DNA of 64,000 bases from an uncultured Verrucomicrobiota bacterium (GTDB taxonomy: Bacteria; Verrucomicrobiota; Verrucomicrobiia; Opitutales; Opitutaceae). How positions within the stretch are numbered: the first letter of the stretch is position 1; each line of letters opens with the position of its first letter. The notes below the pieces were generated by a model that saw only the letters and a list, made by a program, of their open reading frames with translations, was not told the DNA's origin and did not search any database. Positions 9,386 to 18,654 of the stretch are shown piece after piece. The position numbers and the translations under genes are program-made. Location of the stretch: positions 147,478-211,477 of the forward strand of contig CAIUGM010000002.1 of assembly GCA_903898675.1 (NCBI GenBank), in the 5' to 3' direction.

Positions 9386-10009
9386 TCAGGGCTTGGCCGG
9401 CTCTTTCTTGCCAAAGTCAAACGACACCTGCGGCACCTTCTCCGCGCCCGGGGCGGCGGCGAAGTAGGCCTTGTCCTTGAAGCCGAGAATGCCGGCGAAA
9501 AAGACCGCGGGCACGCGCTTGATGGCCGAGTTGTAGTCCCGCGCGAGTTCGTTGAACCGGCCGCGTTCGACCGTGATGCGGTTCTCCGCGCCCTCGAGCT
9601 GGGACTGCAGGGTCTGGAAATTTTCCGTGGCCTTGAGGCTGGGATAATTTTCCGCCACGACGAGCAGCCGGGAAAGGGCGGAGCCGAGCTGGCCCTGCGC
9701 CTTCTCGAATTCGGCGAGCTGGGCCGGGGTGGGCGAAGTGCCCGGGTTGAACTGGACCTTGCCGACGGAGGCGCGGGCCTCGGTGATCTCGGTGAGGGTG
9801 GTCTTCTCGAAGTTGGCGGCGCCGGAGACGGTGGCGACGAGGTTCGGGATGAGGTCGGCCCGGCGCTGGTAGACGTTCTCCACCTGCGCCCACTGTGCGT
9901 CGACCGCCTGGCCGCGGTTCACGAGGCCGTTGTAGATGCCGGTCACAAAGAGGACTCCGGCCACCACCAGGGCGGCGAGGACTCCAAGGATGATGAGGAA
10001 GGTTTTCAT
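9386..10009 (-). CDS. lemA: LemA family protein
   Basis: N-terminal TM; 'WAQVENVYQRRADLIPNLV', 'ENYPSLKA', 'LEGAENRI'. Confidence 0.92.
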   Translation of the reverse strand: MKTFLIILGVLAALVVAGVLFVTGIYNGLVNRGQAVDAQWAQVENVYQRRADLIPNLVATVSGAANFEKTTLTEITEARASVGKVQFNPGTSPTPAQLAEFEKAQGQLGSALSRLLVVAENYPSLKATENFQTLQSQLEGAENRITVERGRFNELARDYNSAIKRVPAVFFAGILGFKDKAYFAAAPGAEKVPQVSFDFGKKEPAKP

Positions 10010-10112
10010 TGGTCGCGGCAAGAGATGACGCCTATCATACGACAACGCAAGCGGCCGGGGGTTACAGAACGGCGGCCAGTTTCAAGTGGCGGCATGCATG
10101 GAGCCGGGCCTT

Positions 10113-10141
10113 CCGTCTTCGCCAAGGCTACGGTGGACAGG
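10113..10141. repeat. REP-like palindromic repeat (CCGTCTTCGCCAAGGCTACGG type)
   Basis: Intergenic CCGT...ACGG palindrome; from memory it resembles a dispersed repeat translating as 'LRQGYGGQ'; single copy in the window. Confidence 0.45.
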
Positions 10142-10167
10142 CCGGAGGGGTTCCACCGCTCAAGCCC

Positions 10168-10677
10168 CTATGGCTTGCGCAGTACCGCCACGGCGGAGTC
10201 CGGCAGCTTGTCGGCGTGGAGCAGGAGCAGGCTGACCTGCCACATTTCGTTATCTGAAAGACACGAGCCATAGCCGGGCATGCCGGTGAGGCGGATGCCG
10301 TTTTTCACCTTCCAGTAGGTCTCGCCCACGTCGTCGTCCGTCACGCCCTTCTTTGGCGGCAGCAACTGCGGCGGGTGCGGGAACATGCCGGCGGCGATGG
10401 CCGACTCGGTCTGGCCGAGGTGGCCGTGGCATACGGCGCACTGGGCCTGGTACACGTGCGCGCCGGCGAGCAGGTTGGGTTCATCCGCCGGCAGCGGGGA
10501 TGGCTTGCTCGCCTCGGTGCCGATCGCGGCGGCGAGCGCCTTGTGGGCGAGGAATTTCTCCAGCGGCAGGGGCGGGCCCTTGGTCGCGACAGGCATGCCG
10601 CCGGAAACCACAAACAGATAACCCGCGAGCAGGGGCAGACAGATGCCGACGACGACGCCAAAAAGGATTTTTTTCAT
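10168..10677 (-). CDS. membrane-anchored monoheme cytochrome c
   Basis: N-terminal TM, 'CAVCH', distal Met in 'NGIRLTGMPGY'. Confidence 0.88.
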   Translation of the reverse strand: MKKILFGVVVGICLPLLAGYLFVVSGGMPVATKGPPLPLEKFLAHKALAAAIGTEASKPSPLPADEPNLLAGAHVYQAQCAVCHGHLGQTESAIAAGMFPHPPQLLPPKKGVTDDDVGETYWKVKNGIRLTGMPGYGSCLSDNEMWQVSLLLLHADKLPDSAVAVLRKP

Positions 10678-10878
10678 GGAGGGGTGGGTGGCGGAGGATC
10701 GATTGAGAACATTAAGCCGGCCTGAAGCGAAACTGTATTCGGATTAAGGCGGCCGGCAAGCCGGCGGATCAGCCGATCCACCGAGAACCATGGCTTCATC
10801 CGGGGATTTCTCCAGCCGAGTTTGTCACTTAATAAGTGACAAACTCTTTCCGGCTGGCCGGGCGGTGGGTGGCGCGGA

Positions 10879-11292
10879 TTACTGCTTCTCTGTGGGAACG
10901 GCGGGAATCTTCGGGTGCTGGATGCGCAGGGCGCATTCCGGGCAGATGCCGTGGGAGGTCTCGGTGGAGAATTTCGAGCCGAAATACTGTTCCATCGTCA
11001 GCCACTCGCCCTCATGGCCGACCTTGCGGCACCAGCTGCAGATCAGCAGGTATTCCTCAAGGTGATGCAGGCGCCGGAGCACCCGTTTGGTCGCGACGTG
11101 CACCCACAGCCAGACGCCCACGATGACCACGGTCCGGAGCAAGGCCCGGTGCCAGTTGATGACATGCGGCTCGCTGAACAGTAGGTTGGGGATGTGCAGT
11201 AACTCCGTGACCCAGCTGAGCACGATGATGAGCGAGAAGCCGATGGCTTCCTTGGTCAGGATGGATTCCGAACTGGTCTTGGTTTTTGGCAT
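10879..11292 (-). CDS. 2-TM hypothetical protein with C-terminal CxxC...SHGICPEC motif
   Basis: 'LICSWCRKV...WLTMEQYF...TSHGICPEC'; ATG at 11292 preferred. Confidence 0.7.
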   Translation of the reverse strand: MPKTKTSSESILTKEAIGFSLIIVLSWVTELLHIPNLLFSEPHVINWHRALLRTVVIVGVWLWVHVATKRVLRRLHHLEEYLLICSWCRKVGHEGEWLTMEQYFGSKFSTETSHGICPECALRIQHPKIPAVPTEKQ

Positions 11293-11402
11293 GCTTGCTG
11301 GGACCACATTACGCATCGACCGCGGATCGGCAAGCCGGCTTCTGGTGCGTGGGATTGCATTTCCGGCGGGGGGTGGGATAGTGCCCGCAACCAACGGAAA
11401 AC

Positions 11403-11852
11403 ATGGGTCTCCTTAAACTGGTCCTGAAGGTGTCGGTGTTCGGCGTCGTCGCGATCGCGGCCCTCGCGATCGTGGGTCAGGTCCGCCAGCACCTCGCGAG
11501 TATCGGCGGCGCCCCCGCCCGGACGGCGTCCGGCGACCAGGCCAGCGCGGCGGGATTCGTTTTGCTGAGCAAGGACGATGCGGCCAACCAGAAGGTGATC
11601 GTCATGTGCGCGCCCAACTGCCCGCGCGCCGAGTCGGTTCGGGCCCGCGATCTCGGCCAGGCGCTGGCGGTCATCGGCATTCCCTACGAGCTGAAGTCCG
11701 ACATCAGTTTCAGCTTTCACCGCCCCGAGGAGATGGCCCGCGTCCAGCAATTCATGGCGAACGTCACGAACCCGCTCGTCCTCATCCGCGGCCGCGCCAA
11801 GGGCAACCCGACGTTCGAGGAAGTCGTGGCGGAGTACCGGTCGGGGAAGTAA
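11403..11852 (+). CDS. membrane-anchored hypothetical protein, possible glutaredoxin-like fold
   Basis: N-terminal hydrophobic segment; 'VMCAPNCP' and 'NPLVLIRG'. Confidence 0.6.
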   Translation: MGLLKLVLKVSVFGVVAIAALAIVGQVRQHLASIGGAPARTASGDQASAAGFVLLSKDDAANQKVIVMCAPNCPRAESVRARDLGQALAVIGIPYELKSDISFSFHRPEEMARVQQFMANVTNPLVLIRGRAKGNPTFEEVVAEYRSGK

Positions 11853-11858
11853 CCCGCC

Positions 11859-12284
11859 CTAGCGAATCCGCAGCGGGGCCTGCGCCCGGAGGGTGATTTT
11901 TTGCGTGCGGCGCATGACGACCTCGAGCCGGAGCGCATCGCCGGGGTGGCGGTTCAGGAAGATCTGGCCAATCTGGCTGTTGAGATCGACCTTGGAGTCC
12001 ATGCCGTCGACGGGGATGCCGTCGATCTGTACGATTTCATCGCCCGCCTGCAGGCCCAGGTCGGAGGCGTCGGTGTCCTCGTAGACGTGGGTGATCTTGA
12101 TCTGCGCGACTTTCTTCGTCGCGGCGTTGACGATCACCTGGATATCGATCGCAAAATTGCTCGAGGCGTTGCCCTTCACCTTGAAGGGATCGAGCACGAG
12201 GACCTCGCCGTCCTCGGGCGGCTTGTCCCTGGCGACCACCGGTGAGAGCAAGGCGAGAGAAAGCAAGAGGGGCGCGAGCTTCAT
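11859..12284 (-). CDS. secreted PDZ-domain protein
   Basis: Signal peptide; 'ITHVYEDTDASDLGLQAGDEIVQIDG' PDZ pattern. Confidence 0.75.
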   Translation of the reverse strand: MKLAPLLLSLALLSPVVARDKPPEDGEVLVLDPFKVKGNASSNFAIDIQVIVNAATKKVAQIKITHVYEDTDASDLGLQAGDEIVQIDGIPVDGMDSKVDLNSQIGQIFLNRHPGDALRLEVVMRRTQKITLRAQAPLRIR

Positions 12285-12413
12285 GGGTTCAGGCTGGCCG
12301 AAGGGCGCGGGCTTTCGAGATCAATGTGGACGGGGGACCCGCTTCGATCCCGCAGGGATTGAACCACGAAGGACGCGAAGTGATACGACGGACCTCCCGG
12401 CGGGGTGAATGGG

Positions 12414-12878
12414 CTAAGCGCCGGTCAGCCGTTTCTCGTAGCACCGGCTCAGCGGGTCGTAGTGGTACGGGCCGAAGGGCGGGATCTCGGTGAACCCGGC
12501 TTGCTCGTACATGCTGATGGCGGCCTGCTGGTGGATGCCGGTCTCGAGGCGGAGGAGGGTGACGCCGTGGGCGAGCGCGTGGCGGGCGAGGTGGTTGACC
12601 AGCATTTTCCCAAAGCCGGCGCCGCGAAACTCGGGGCGCACGTACATCCGCTTGAGTTCCCCGTATTCGCGGCCGACGAGCATGACGCCGCCGCAGCCCG
12701 CCGGTTGGCCGTCGGCGCGCAACACGAAGAACGCGACCTGCTGGTCGATCAGCTTCTGCACGCTGAAGCCGTGCCGGCTCTCCGGCGGATAGAACGACTC
12801 CAGGTGGGTCTGGAGTTCATCGATCAGCGCGGTGGCGTCCGGGGTGTCGGGTCGTTCGGCAGTGATGACGGCGGGCAT
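12414..12878 (-). CDS. GNAT N-acetyltransferase
   Basis: 'GELKRMYVRPEFRGAGFG', 'LRLETGIHQ..AISMYEQAGF'. Confidence 0.9.
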   Translation of the reverse strand: MPAVITAERPDTPDATALIDELQTHLESFYPPESRHGFSVQKLIDQQVAFFVLRADGQPAGCGGVMLVGREYGELKRMYVRPEFRGAGFGKMLVNHLARHALAHGVTLLRLETGIHQQAAISMYEQAGFTEIPPFGPYHYDPLSRCYEKRLTGA

Positions 12879-12965
12879 GGGGGTTCAGATAAATAAAACC
12901 GGGGCGCATGCAAAGCCGCAAAGTCGCGGAGGCAACCGGACTTAACGGCGAGTTAGCCGGCAAGG

Positions 12966-14981
12966 TTACCACCCGTAGCTGCGCTTAATCCGAAGCTCTT
13001 CGTAGAGCTCCTCGGGGAGTTCTTGGAGGAATCGTGACGGACTGAGCATCATGCCGCCGGGGCCGGCGCGGCTCGCGACCTTGGGGTAGCTGATGTAGAG
13101 TTCGTTTTTGGCTCTCGTGACGGCGACGTAGAATAACCGGCGCTCTTCCTCGACGTCGCCGCTCTCGATCGAGCGGCGGGTGGGGAACTGGCCGTCGGCG
13201 GCGCCGATCAGGAAGACGACGTCGTACTCGAGCCCCTTCGCCTGGTGGATGGTGGTGAGTTTGATCGCCTCCTCGTTGGCGTCGACGTGCTTGTCGCTCG
13301 TCTCACCGTTCAGCAGCACGATCTGCGCAAGGAGATCCTGCATCTCCCCGAAGCGGGCGGCGAAGCCGACGAGGGCCTTCAACTCCTCGAGCCGGTCCAT
13401 GTAGTCGGCGTACGCGCCCTTCAGGTAGTCGCCATACCAGCCTTCGAGCGCGACCGTCACCGTGTCGGCCGGCTTCTGGGTGCTCATGGCGTCGGCGACC
13501 TGGCGCAGCGACGCGCAGAAGTTGCTCCAGTCGTCCTTGGCGTCCTTCGCGACCTTGCTCTTCACGTCGTCGGTATCGAGGGCGTCGATGAAGTTGCGCT
13601 GCATCAGCCGCGCGTGGTCGAGCGCGGCGGCGTGGATTTTCTGCGCACCCTTCTCGCCGACCTTGGGCAGGAGGATCGCGATGCGCTGCCAGGCCTGGGC
13701 GTCGCTGGGGTTGTAGACGAAGCGCAGGAGTGCGACCAAGTCGCGGACGTGCTGGCGCTCGAAAAACTTCACGCCGCTCGTGATCTGGTAGGGAATGCCG
13801 GCGCGGGAGAGCGCGAGCTGCACCTCGAGGGCGAGGAAATGCGAGCGGTAGAGAATGGCGATCTCCTTGGCCGAGACGCCGTCGTCGTTGATCAGCGAGT
13901 GGATGCGCTTGAGGATGAACTCGGCCTGCTCGCGGTCGTCCATCGTCTGCACGACGTAGGGTTTCACGGAGTGGGCGCGGGCGGCGCGGAGTTCCTTGTC
14001 GAAGTGGCGGCCCTTCGGCTGGGCGTTGAGCACGCCGTTCGCGAAGTCGAGGATCTCGGGCGTCGAGCGGTAGTTGACCTCGATGCGGTGGATGACGGTG
14101 CCGGGATGCCGCTCCGGGAATGACATGATGTTCTCAAAGTCGGCGCCGCGCCACGAGTAGATGCACTGTGCGTCGTCGCCCACGGCCATCACGCAGTGGT
14201 GCGCGCCGAGCTTGTCGACGATCTGCGCCTGGATCGTGTTGGTGTCCTGGTACTCGTCGACGAGCACGTAGCGGAAGCGGTTGGCGAAATACGCGCCGAC
14301 CTCGGGCGCGTCGGTGAGGAGCTTGAGCCAGAGTTCGAGGAGGTCGTCGTAATCCACAACCGACTGCTCGCGCTTGGCCTTTTCGTAGGCGGCGGCGAAC
14401 TTGGGGAAGAGGTGGGCGATGTCCTGGTATTGCGGAAAGTTTTTCGAAACGGTGTCGGCGAGTGACAGCTGGGTGTTGCGCGCGAGGGAGAGCACGCTGA
14501 AGAGCGGGCCGGGGCGCGGGTTGGTCTTGTCCTTGAAGAAGAGCTTGTCGCCCGCCTCGACAGTCTGCTTGAGGAGCGACTCGGACTCGTCGGCGTCGAG
14601 GATGGTGAAGTTCTTCGGCAGCTTGATGGCCTCGCCGTACATGCGCAGGGCGCGGTTGCCGAGGGAGTGGAAGGTGCCGCCCCAGAAGCGGGCGGGCTCG
14701 ATGCCGGTGAGGTCGTGCACGCGGTGGAGCATTTCCTTGGCGGCCTTGTTGGTGAACGTGAGGAGGAGGATCTCGCCCGGCTTCACGCCCTGGGACAGGA
14801 GGTAGGCGACGCGGTAGGTCAGCGTGCGCGTCTTGCCCGACCCGGCGCCGGCGAGCACGAGCAACGGGCCGGCCGGCGCGGTGACGGCGGCGAACTGCTC
14901 GGCGTTGAGCAGCGCCTTGAAGTCGATGGGCGGGACGGTGGGAGCACCGCCGGCAAAGTTACTGGGGAGCACGAAATCCAT
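12966..14981 (-). CDS. UvrD/PcrA/Rep-family SF1A DNA helicase
   Basis: 'AGAGSGKT', 'VDEYQD', 'VGDDAQCIYSWRGA', 'NYRS', 'TIHQAKGLE', 'EERRLFYVAVTRA'. Confidence 0.95.
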   Translation of the reverse strand: MDFVLPSNFAGGAPTVPPIDFKALLNAEQFAAVTAPAGPLLVLAGAGSGKTRTLTYRVAYLLSQGVKPGEILLLTFTNKAAKEMLHRVHDLTGIEPARFWGGTFHSLGNRALRMYGEAIKLPKNFTILDADESESLLKQTVEAGDKLFFKDKTNPRPGPLFSVLSLARNTQLSLADTVSKNFPQYQDIAHLFPKFAAAYEKAKREQSVVDYDDLLELWLKLLTDAPEVGAYFANRFRYVLVDEYQDTNTIQAQIVDKLGAHHCVMAVGDDAQCIYSWRGADFENIMSFPERHPGTVIHRIEVNYRSTPEILDFANGVLNAQPKGRHFDKELRAARAHSVKPYVVQTMDDREQAEFILKRIHSLINDDGVSAKEIAILYRSHFLALEVQLALSRAGIPYQITSGVKFFERQHVRDLVALLRFVYNPSDAQAWQRIAILLPKVGEKGAQKIHAAALDHARLMQRNFIDALDTDDVKSKVAKDAKDDWSNFCASLRQVADAMSTQKPADTVTVALEGWYGDYLKGAYADYMDRLEELKALVGFAARFGEMQDLLAQIVLLNGETSDKHVDANEEAIKLTTIHQAKGLEYDVVFLIGAADGQFPTRRSIESGDVEEERRLFYVAVTRAKNELYISYPKVASRAGPGGMMLSPSRFLQELPEELYEELRIKRSYGW

Positions 14982-14990
14982 CTGGAGGAG

Positions 14991-15011
14991 GGAGCAAGGA
15001 GCAAGGAGCAG
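14991..15011. repeat. GGAGCAA x3 heptamer tandem repeat
   Basis: ggagcaa ggagcaa ggagcag directly upstream of the helicase start. Confidence 0.5.
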
Positions 15012-15024
15012 GAAGGGGGAAGGC

Positions 15025-15053
15025 AAAAGAAAAGCGCGCCGAGTGGCGCGCTT
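15025..15053 (-). terminator. intrinsic terminator after frr
   Basis: Minus strand aagcgcgcc-actc-ggcgcgctt followed by ttctttt. Confidence 0.75.
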
Positions 15054-15118
15054 CTGGATGACCCTGTCGCCTTCAGCTCGGTAACTTCACTCCGTTCAGA
15101 ATGACAGGCTTAACTGGC

Positions 15119-15676
15119 TCAGACTGTGACCAGGTCCTTCTCCTTGTGGGCGAGGTGGGCGTCGACGTCCTTGATGACCTTGTCGGTGTGGGCCTGGATT
15201 TCTTTTTCCAGGCGCTTCTCCTCGTCCTCGGAAATCTTACCGTCCTTTTTGGCCTTCTTGACCGCCTCCATGGCGTCGCGGCGGGCGTGGCGGATGTTGA
15301 CGCGACCCTCCTCGGCGAGCCGGTTGGCGATCTTGACGAACTCGAGGCGGCGTTCCTTGGAAAGGTCGGGCAGCGGCAGCCGGATCAGGCCGCCGTCAAC
15401 GATGGGGTTGATGCCGAGGTTGGCCTGTTGCAGCGCCTTCTCGGCGGCGCGGATCAGGCCCTTGTCCCAGGGCTGGACCTGGATCATGCGCGGGTCGGGC
15501 GTGCTGATGGCGGCGCACTCCTTGAGGCGCATCATCGAGCCGTAGGCCTCGACCATCACACCCTCGACCATGGAGGGGGACGCCTTGCCGGTGTGGATGG
15601 AGCTGAACTCGTGCAGCGTGAAGTCGACCGCCTTCTTCATGCGGGCCTGGACGTCGGTGAGGATGGGATGGCTCAT
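15119..15676 (-). CDS. frr: ribosome recycling factor
   Basis: 'IHTGKASP', 'IQVQPWD', 'LPDLSKERR', 'RVNIRHARR'. Confidence 0.97.
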   Translation of the reverse strand: MSHPILTDVQARMKKAVDFTLHEFSSIHTGKASPSMVEGVMVEAYGSMMRLKECAAISTPDPRMIQVQPWDKGLIRAAEKALQQANLGINPIVDGGLIRLPLPDLSKERRLEFVKIANRLAEEGRVNIRHARRDAMEAVKKAKKDGKISEDEEKRLEKEIQAHTDKVIKDVDAHLAHKEKDLVTV

Positions 15677-15677
15677 A

Positions 15678-15790
15678 AGGGGGTAAGGTTTAAGCGGGGT
15701 AAGGTTTAAGGACTAGACAAAACAGGCAGCGAATGGGCCGGGGCGTCGGGAATTGCGGCTTACCCCTTAAAACTTATCCCTTACAACTTG
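15678..15790. repeat. inverted pair of TAAGGG/TAAGGTT short tandem arrays between pyrH and frr
   Basis: ggggtaaggtttaag twice (15680-15694, 15696-15710); inverted array cttaccccttaaaacttatcccttacaactt (15759-15789). Confidence 0.6.
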
Positions 15791-15791
15791 C

Positions 15792-16526
15792 TCAGTTACT
15801 GACCAGGGTGCCGATCTTTTCACCCATGACGGCCTTCCGGATCGCGTGGGCGTCGTCGAGGTTGAAGACGAGGATCGGGACGTTGTTGTCGAGGCAGAGG
15901 GAGAACGCGGTGGAGTCCATGACGTTGAGCCGCTGGCGGAGGGCGTCGACGAAGGAGAGTTCCTCGTACTTGACGGCGTCGGCGTGCTTCTTCGGGTCCT
16001 TGTCGTAGATGCCGTCGACCTTGGTGGCCTTCATGATGATGTCGGCGTGCAGTTCCGAGGCGCGGAGGGCGGCGGTGGTGTCGGTGGAGAAGTAGGGGTT
16101 GCCGGTGCCGGCGACGAAGATGACGACGCGCTTCTTCTCCAGGTGGCGCATGGCGCGGCGCATGATGAACGGCTCGGCGATCTGGTTCATCGGGATGGCG
16201 GACTGGACGCGGGTCTTGACGCCCATTTTCTCCAGGCAGTCCATGATGGCCAGGCCGTTGATGACGGTGGCGAGCATGCCCATGTAGTCGCCGGTGGTGC
16301 GGTCGACGCCCCGCTTGGCGCCCTGCAGGCCGCGGAAGATGTTGCCGCCGCCGATCACGACGCAGACCTGCACGCCGAGGTCGTGGATTTCCTTCACCTG
16401 CTCGCACATGCGCTCGAGCGTCACGGCGTCGATCGGCTCGGTGCCCTTGCCGCGCAGGACCTCGCCGCTGAGCTTCAGGACGATGCGCTTGTACTTGATA
16501 CTCGGGGCAACGGACTTCGTGGGCAT
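15792..16526 (-). CDS. pyrH: UMP kinase
   Basis: 'LKLSGE', 'GGGNIFRG', '[11 protein letters not shown]', 'GNPYFSTD', 'VMDSTA'. Confidence 0.97.
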   Translation of the reverse strand: MPTKSVAPSIKYKRIVLKLSGEVLRGKGTEPIDAVTLERMCEQVKEIHDLGVQVCVVIGGGNIFRGLQGAKRGVDRTTGDYMGMLATVINGLAIMDCLEKMGVKTRVQSAIPMNQIAEPFIMRRAMRHLEKKRVVIFVAGTGNPYFSTDTTAALRASELHADIIMKATKVDGIYDKDPKKHADAVKYEELSFVDALRQRLNVMDSTAFSLCLDNNVPILVFNLDDAHAIRKAVMGEKIGTLVSN

Positions 16527-16727
16527 GAGCGGGGATAAAACCGGCGCTTAAAACGGGCGTCAATGCCTGAGATGGCGGGTCGTGCCACCGGTTGGCGCCA
16601 AAACGTTAACCACCATCGCCGCCGGGTGGCCCAAGCGCTTGATCGGGCTGGGTTTTTGCAGGCGGCGGCGCTAGATCATTTCCACCCTTGACCCTCAGAG
16701 GGCAGGGGGCTTCTTTCGCCCACTCTT

Positions 16728-16801
16728 TGCCTGATGGTGTAATGGTAGCACAGGTGACTTTGACTCACCTAGTCATGGTTCGAATCCATGTCGGGCAGCC
16801 A
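16728..16801 (+). tRNA. tRNA-Gln (anticodon TTG)
   Basis: Acceptor TGCCTGA/TCGGGCA; anticodon arm GGTGA-CTTTGAC-TCACC; T-arm CATGG-TTCGAAT-CCATG; encoded CCA. Confidence 0.97.
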
Positions 16802-16829
16802 TCGAAAAAATTCCGAGAACTTTTTTCGA
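16802..16829 (+). terminator. hairpin immediately after tRNA-Gln
   Basis: tcgaaaaaa (16802-16810) / ttttttcga (16821-16829) inverted repeat. Confidence 0.45.
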
Positions 16830-16830
16830 G

Positions 16831-16976
16831 GTAAGGCAAAAGAGGGGCTAAGTGCCGATAAATCCGTAACAACCGGAATTTCGGTTTTTGCCTCACTTTT
16901 CAAAAGTTCTTCGTTTGCTCCACGGCGGCCCCCATTTTCTCCCTTGCACCCCCTTTTTCCGCAAAGTGAGGCAAAA
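16831..16976. repeat. three copies of a (AAAG)TGAGGCAAAA motif in mixed orientation (att-arm-like)
   Basis: gtaaggcaaaa 16831-16841, tttgcctcactttt 16887-16900, aaagtgaggcaaaa 16963-16976. Confidence 0.55.
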
Positions 16977-17060
16977 TGAATTCGACCCAAAATCATGTCG
17001 ATTCTTGCCGTAATTTGGCACCCAGAAAACTTCCACGCGTAAGACTCGCGACCGAGGAAT

Positions 17061-18645
17061 TCAGCCTGCTGATGCTCGAAAAGACGGACCGCCGGATGGC
17101 TTCGTAGACGCCGTAAGCGCGACAATGTTTTGCCTCGCACGGTTGGTTTGTTGTTCCTGCTCGTATTCAGCGCGCAATTTCGCGAACGCGGCGCGTTGCT
17201 GGTTGAAGGGCAACTCGGCTAATTTGCCAATCGGCTTGTAGCCGAAGTGCCAGACGGCATTCGCCGTCGTAAGTGAGGCCAAATACGCCTGTATGTCGGG
17301 AGCAAGTTCGATCAGTTTCATGATCCGCGTGATCGCGCTTGGGGTAAGCCGAACCCTCTTGGCTAGCGCCATCCTCGTCCCGACCTCGCCGCTTTGGAGC
17401 ATCTGCTGCCATTTTTGGGCGCGCAGGACAGGATGCTCGACCTTGGGTTTGGCCGTCCGAACCGTTCGCATCCGCTTATCCAACCGAACGGTTCGCTGGA
17501 ACGGTGCGATGATGGCGACTTCGCCGCGCTGCGCATTGGAGAAATCAACCCGTCCGTCCAAGCTGAGACCACGGAGCCGGATGTTCTGATTGGAGCCAGT
17601 AATTCCCGCCCGCTGTTCCATGCCGCGAACCAGGTCCGGCAAATGGAGCTTGATGCGAACTTCCATCAGCCGCGCGGTCGGCGACATCGATTGCTCGACC
17701 GACTCGGAGGCCTTCCGGCGACCGCTTGGCACAAGTCGTTGAACGTCCACCCTTTCGACAAAGAGCCGGATCAGTTCCTTGCGTTCCGTGGGTGGCAGTT
17801 TTGGGAGCAATTCACCCATCCGCTCCAGGTTCTCGGAAATCCGGCGCTCTTCCAACGCGGTCGCGTCGCTGGCAGCCAACGCTTGGCGGATTCGCTCCTG
17901 CTGGAGCAGCAGGCGCCGGCGCTCATTTCGCAGCTCTGTGGCACGTTTCACCAACGCGTCACCCAGGGCATCAGTTCCGCCCTGCGCGACGGCATCGACA
18001 CAATTGTTCAATTGCCTGTCGACGGTCGCAAATGCCCCTTTGTTCGTCTCGAGTTCCGTTCGCAGCGATTCGCGGTCGCCCCTGCGCATCTTGCGGGAAG
18101 TCTCGACCATTTCCTTAATAACCACCGGATGTTTACTCGCCTCGCCGAGCAACGCGACAACGGCTTTTTCAAGTGCGTCCGCGGACAATCGCCCCACCGC
18201 ACAGCCCGGGGCCGCCGGCTGGCGCATGACTAGGCTGCAGGTGTAATAGCGATATTTTACCCCGCTGAGACTCTTTTTGCCGCTATCGTTGGGCACCAAG
18301 GCGCGCCCGCACGAGCCGCACCAAGCCAATCCTTTCAACAAGTGGTTCTGCGTATCGCGGTCCTGAAAAAGATGCTGGGGCCGCGCTTTCGTCTCGGCCG
18401 TGGCTGCATTGGCTTTCTCCCAAACGTCATGCTTTACCAATGGTTCGTGCTTCGCGGCAAATTCCTGTCCCTCAAACTTGACCGCCCCGCGGTAGAGGGG
18501 GTTGCGAATCAAGAGGCGGAGTCCGTCGGAGCGGAATGGTCCGCCGCCGATGTTTTCGGCACGTCCATCGCGCCGCTGCAACGTCCGCACCCGGGTGCGG
18601 AGGCCGGCAGCGTTCAGTTCGTTCGCCACGTCGGTGGCGGAGTGC
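17061..18645 (-). pseudogene. large serine recombinase, 5'-truncated (catalytic resolvase domain missing)
   Basis: Recombinase-domain text 'VANELNAAGLRT...LIRNPLYRG...HEPLV', Zn ribbon 'CGSCG...YYTC...C', coiled coil, C-terminal HTH-like extension; first ~75 aa of track ORF 17061..18866 are the antisense of a different gene. Confidence 0.8.
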
Positions 18646-18654
18646 GAAGGCCGG

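Noticed and set aside
11284-11298. Sigma-54 promoter TGGCATGCTTGCT
   Set aside because: Spacing between GG and GC is 3 bp too short, and it overlaps a start codon on the opposite strand.
18502-18654. Start of the 566-aa plus-strand ORF as a real N-terminus
   Set aside because: Antisense of the recombinase domain; no TM segments or RBS expected of a coupling protein.
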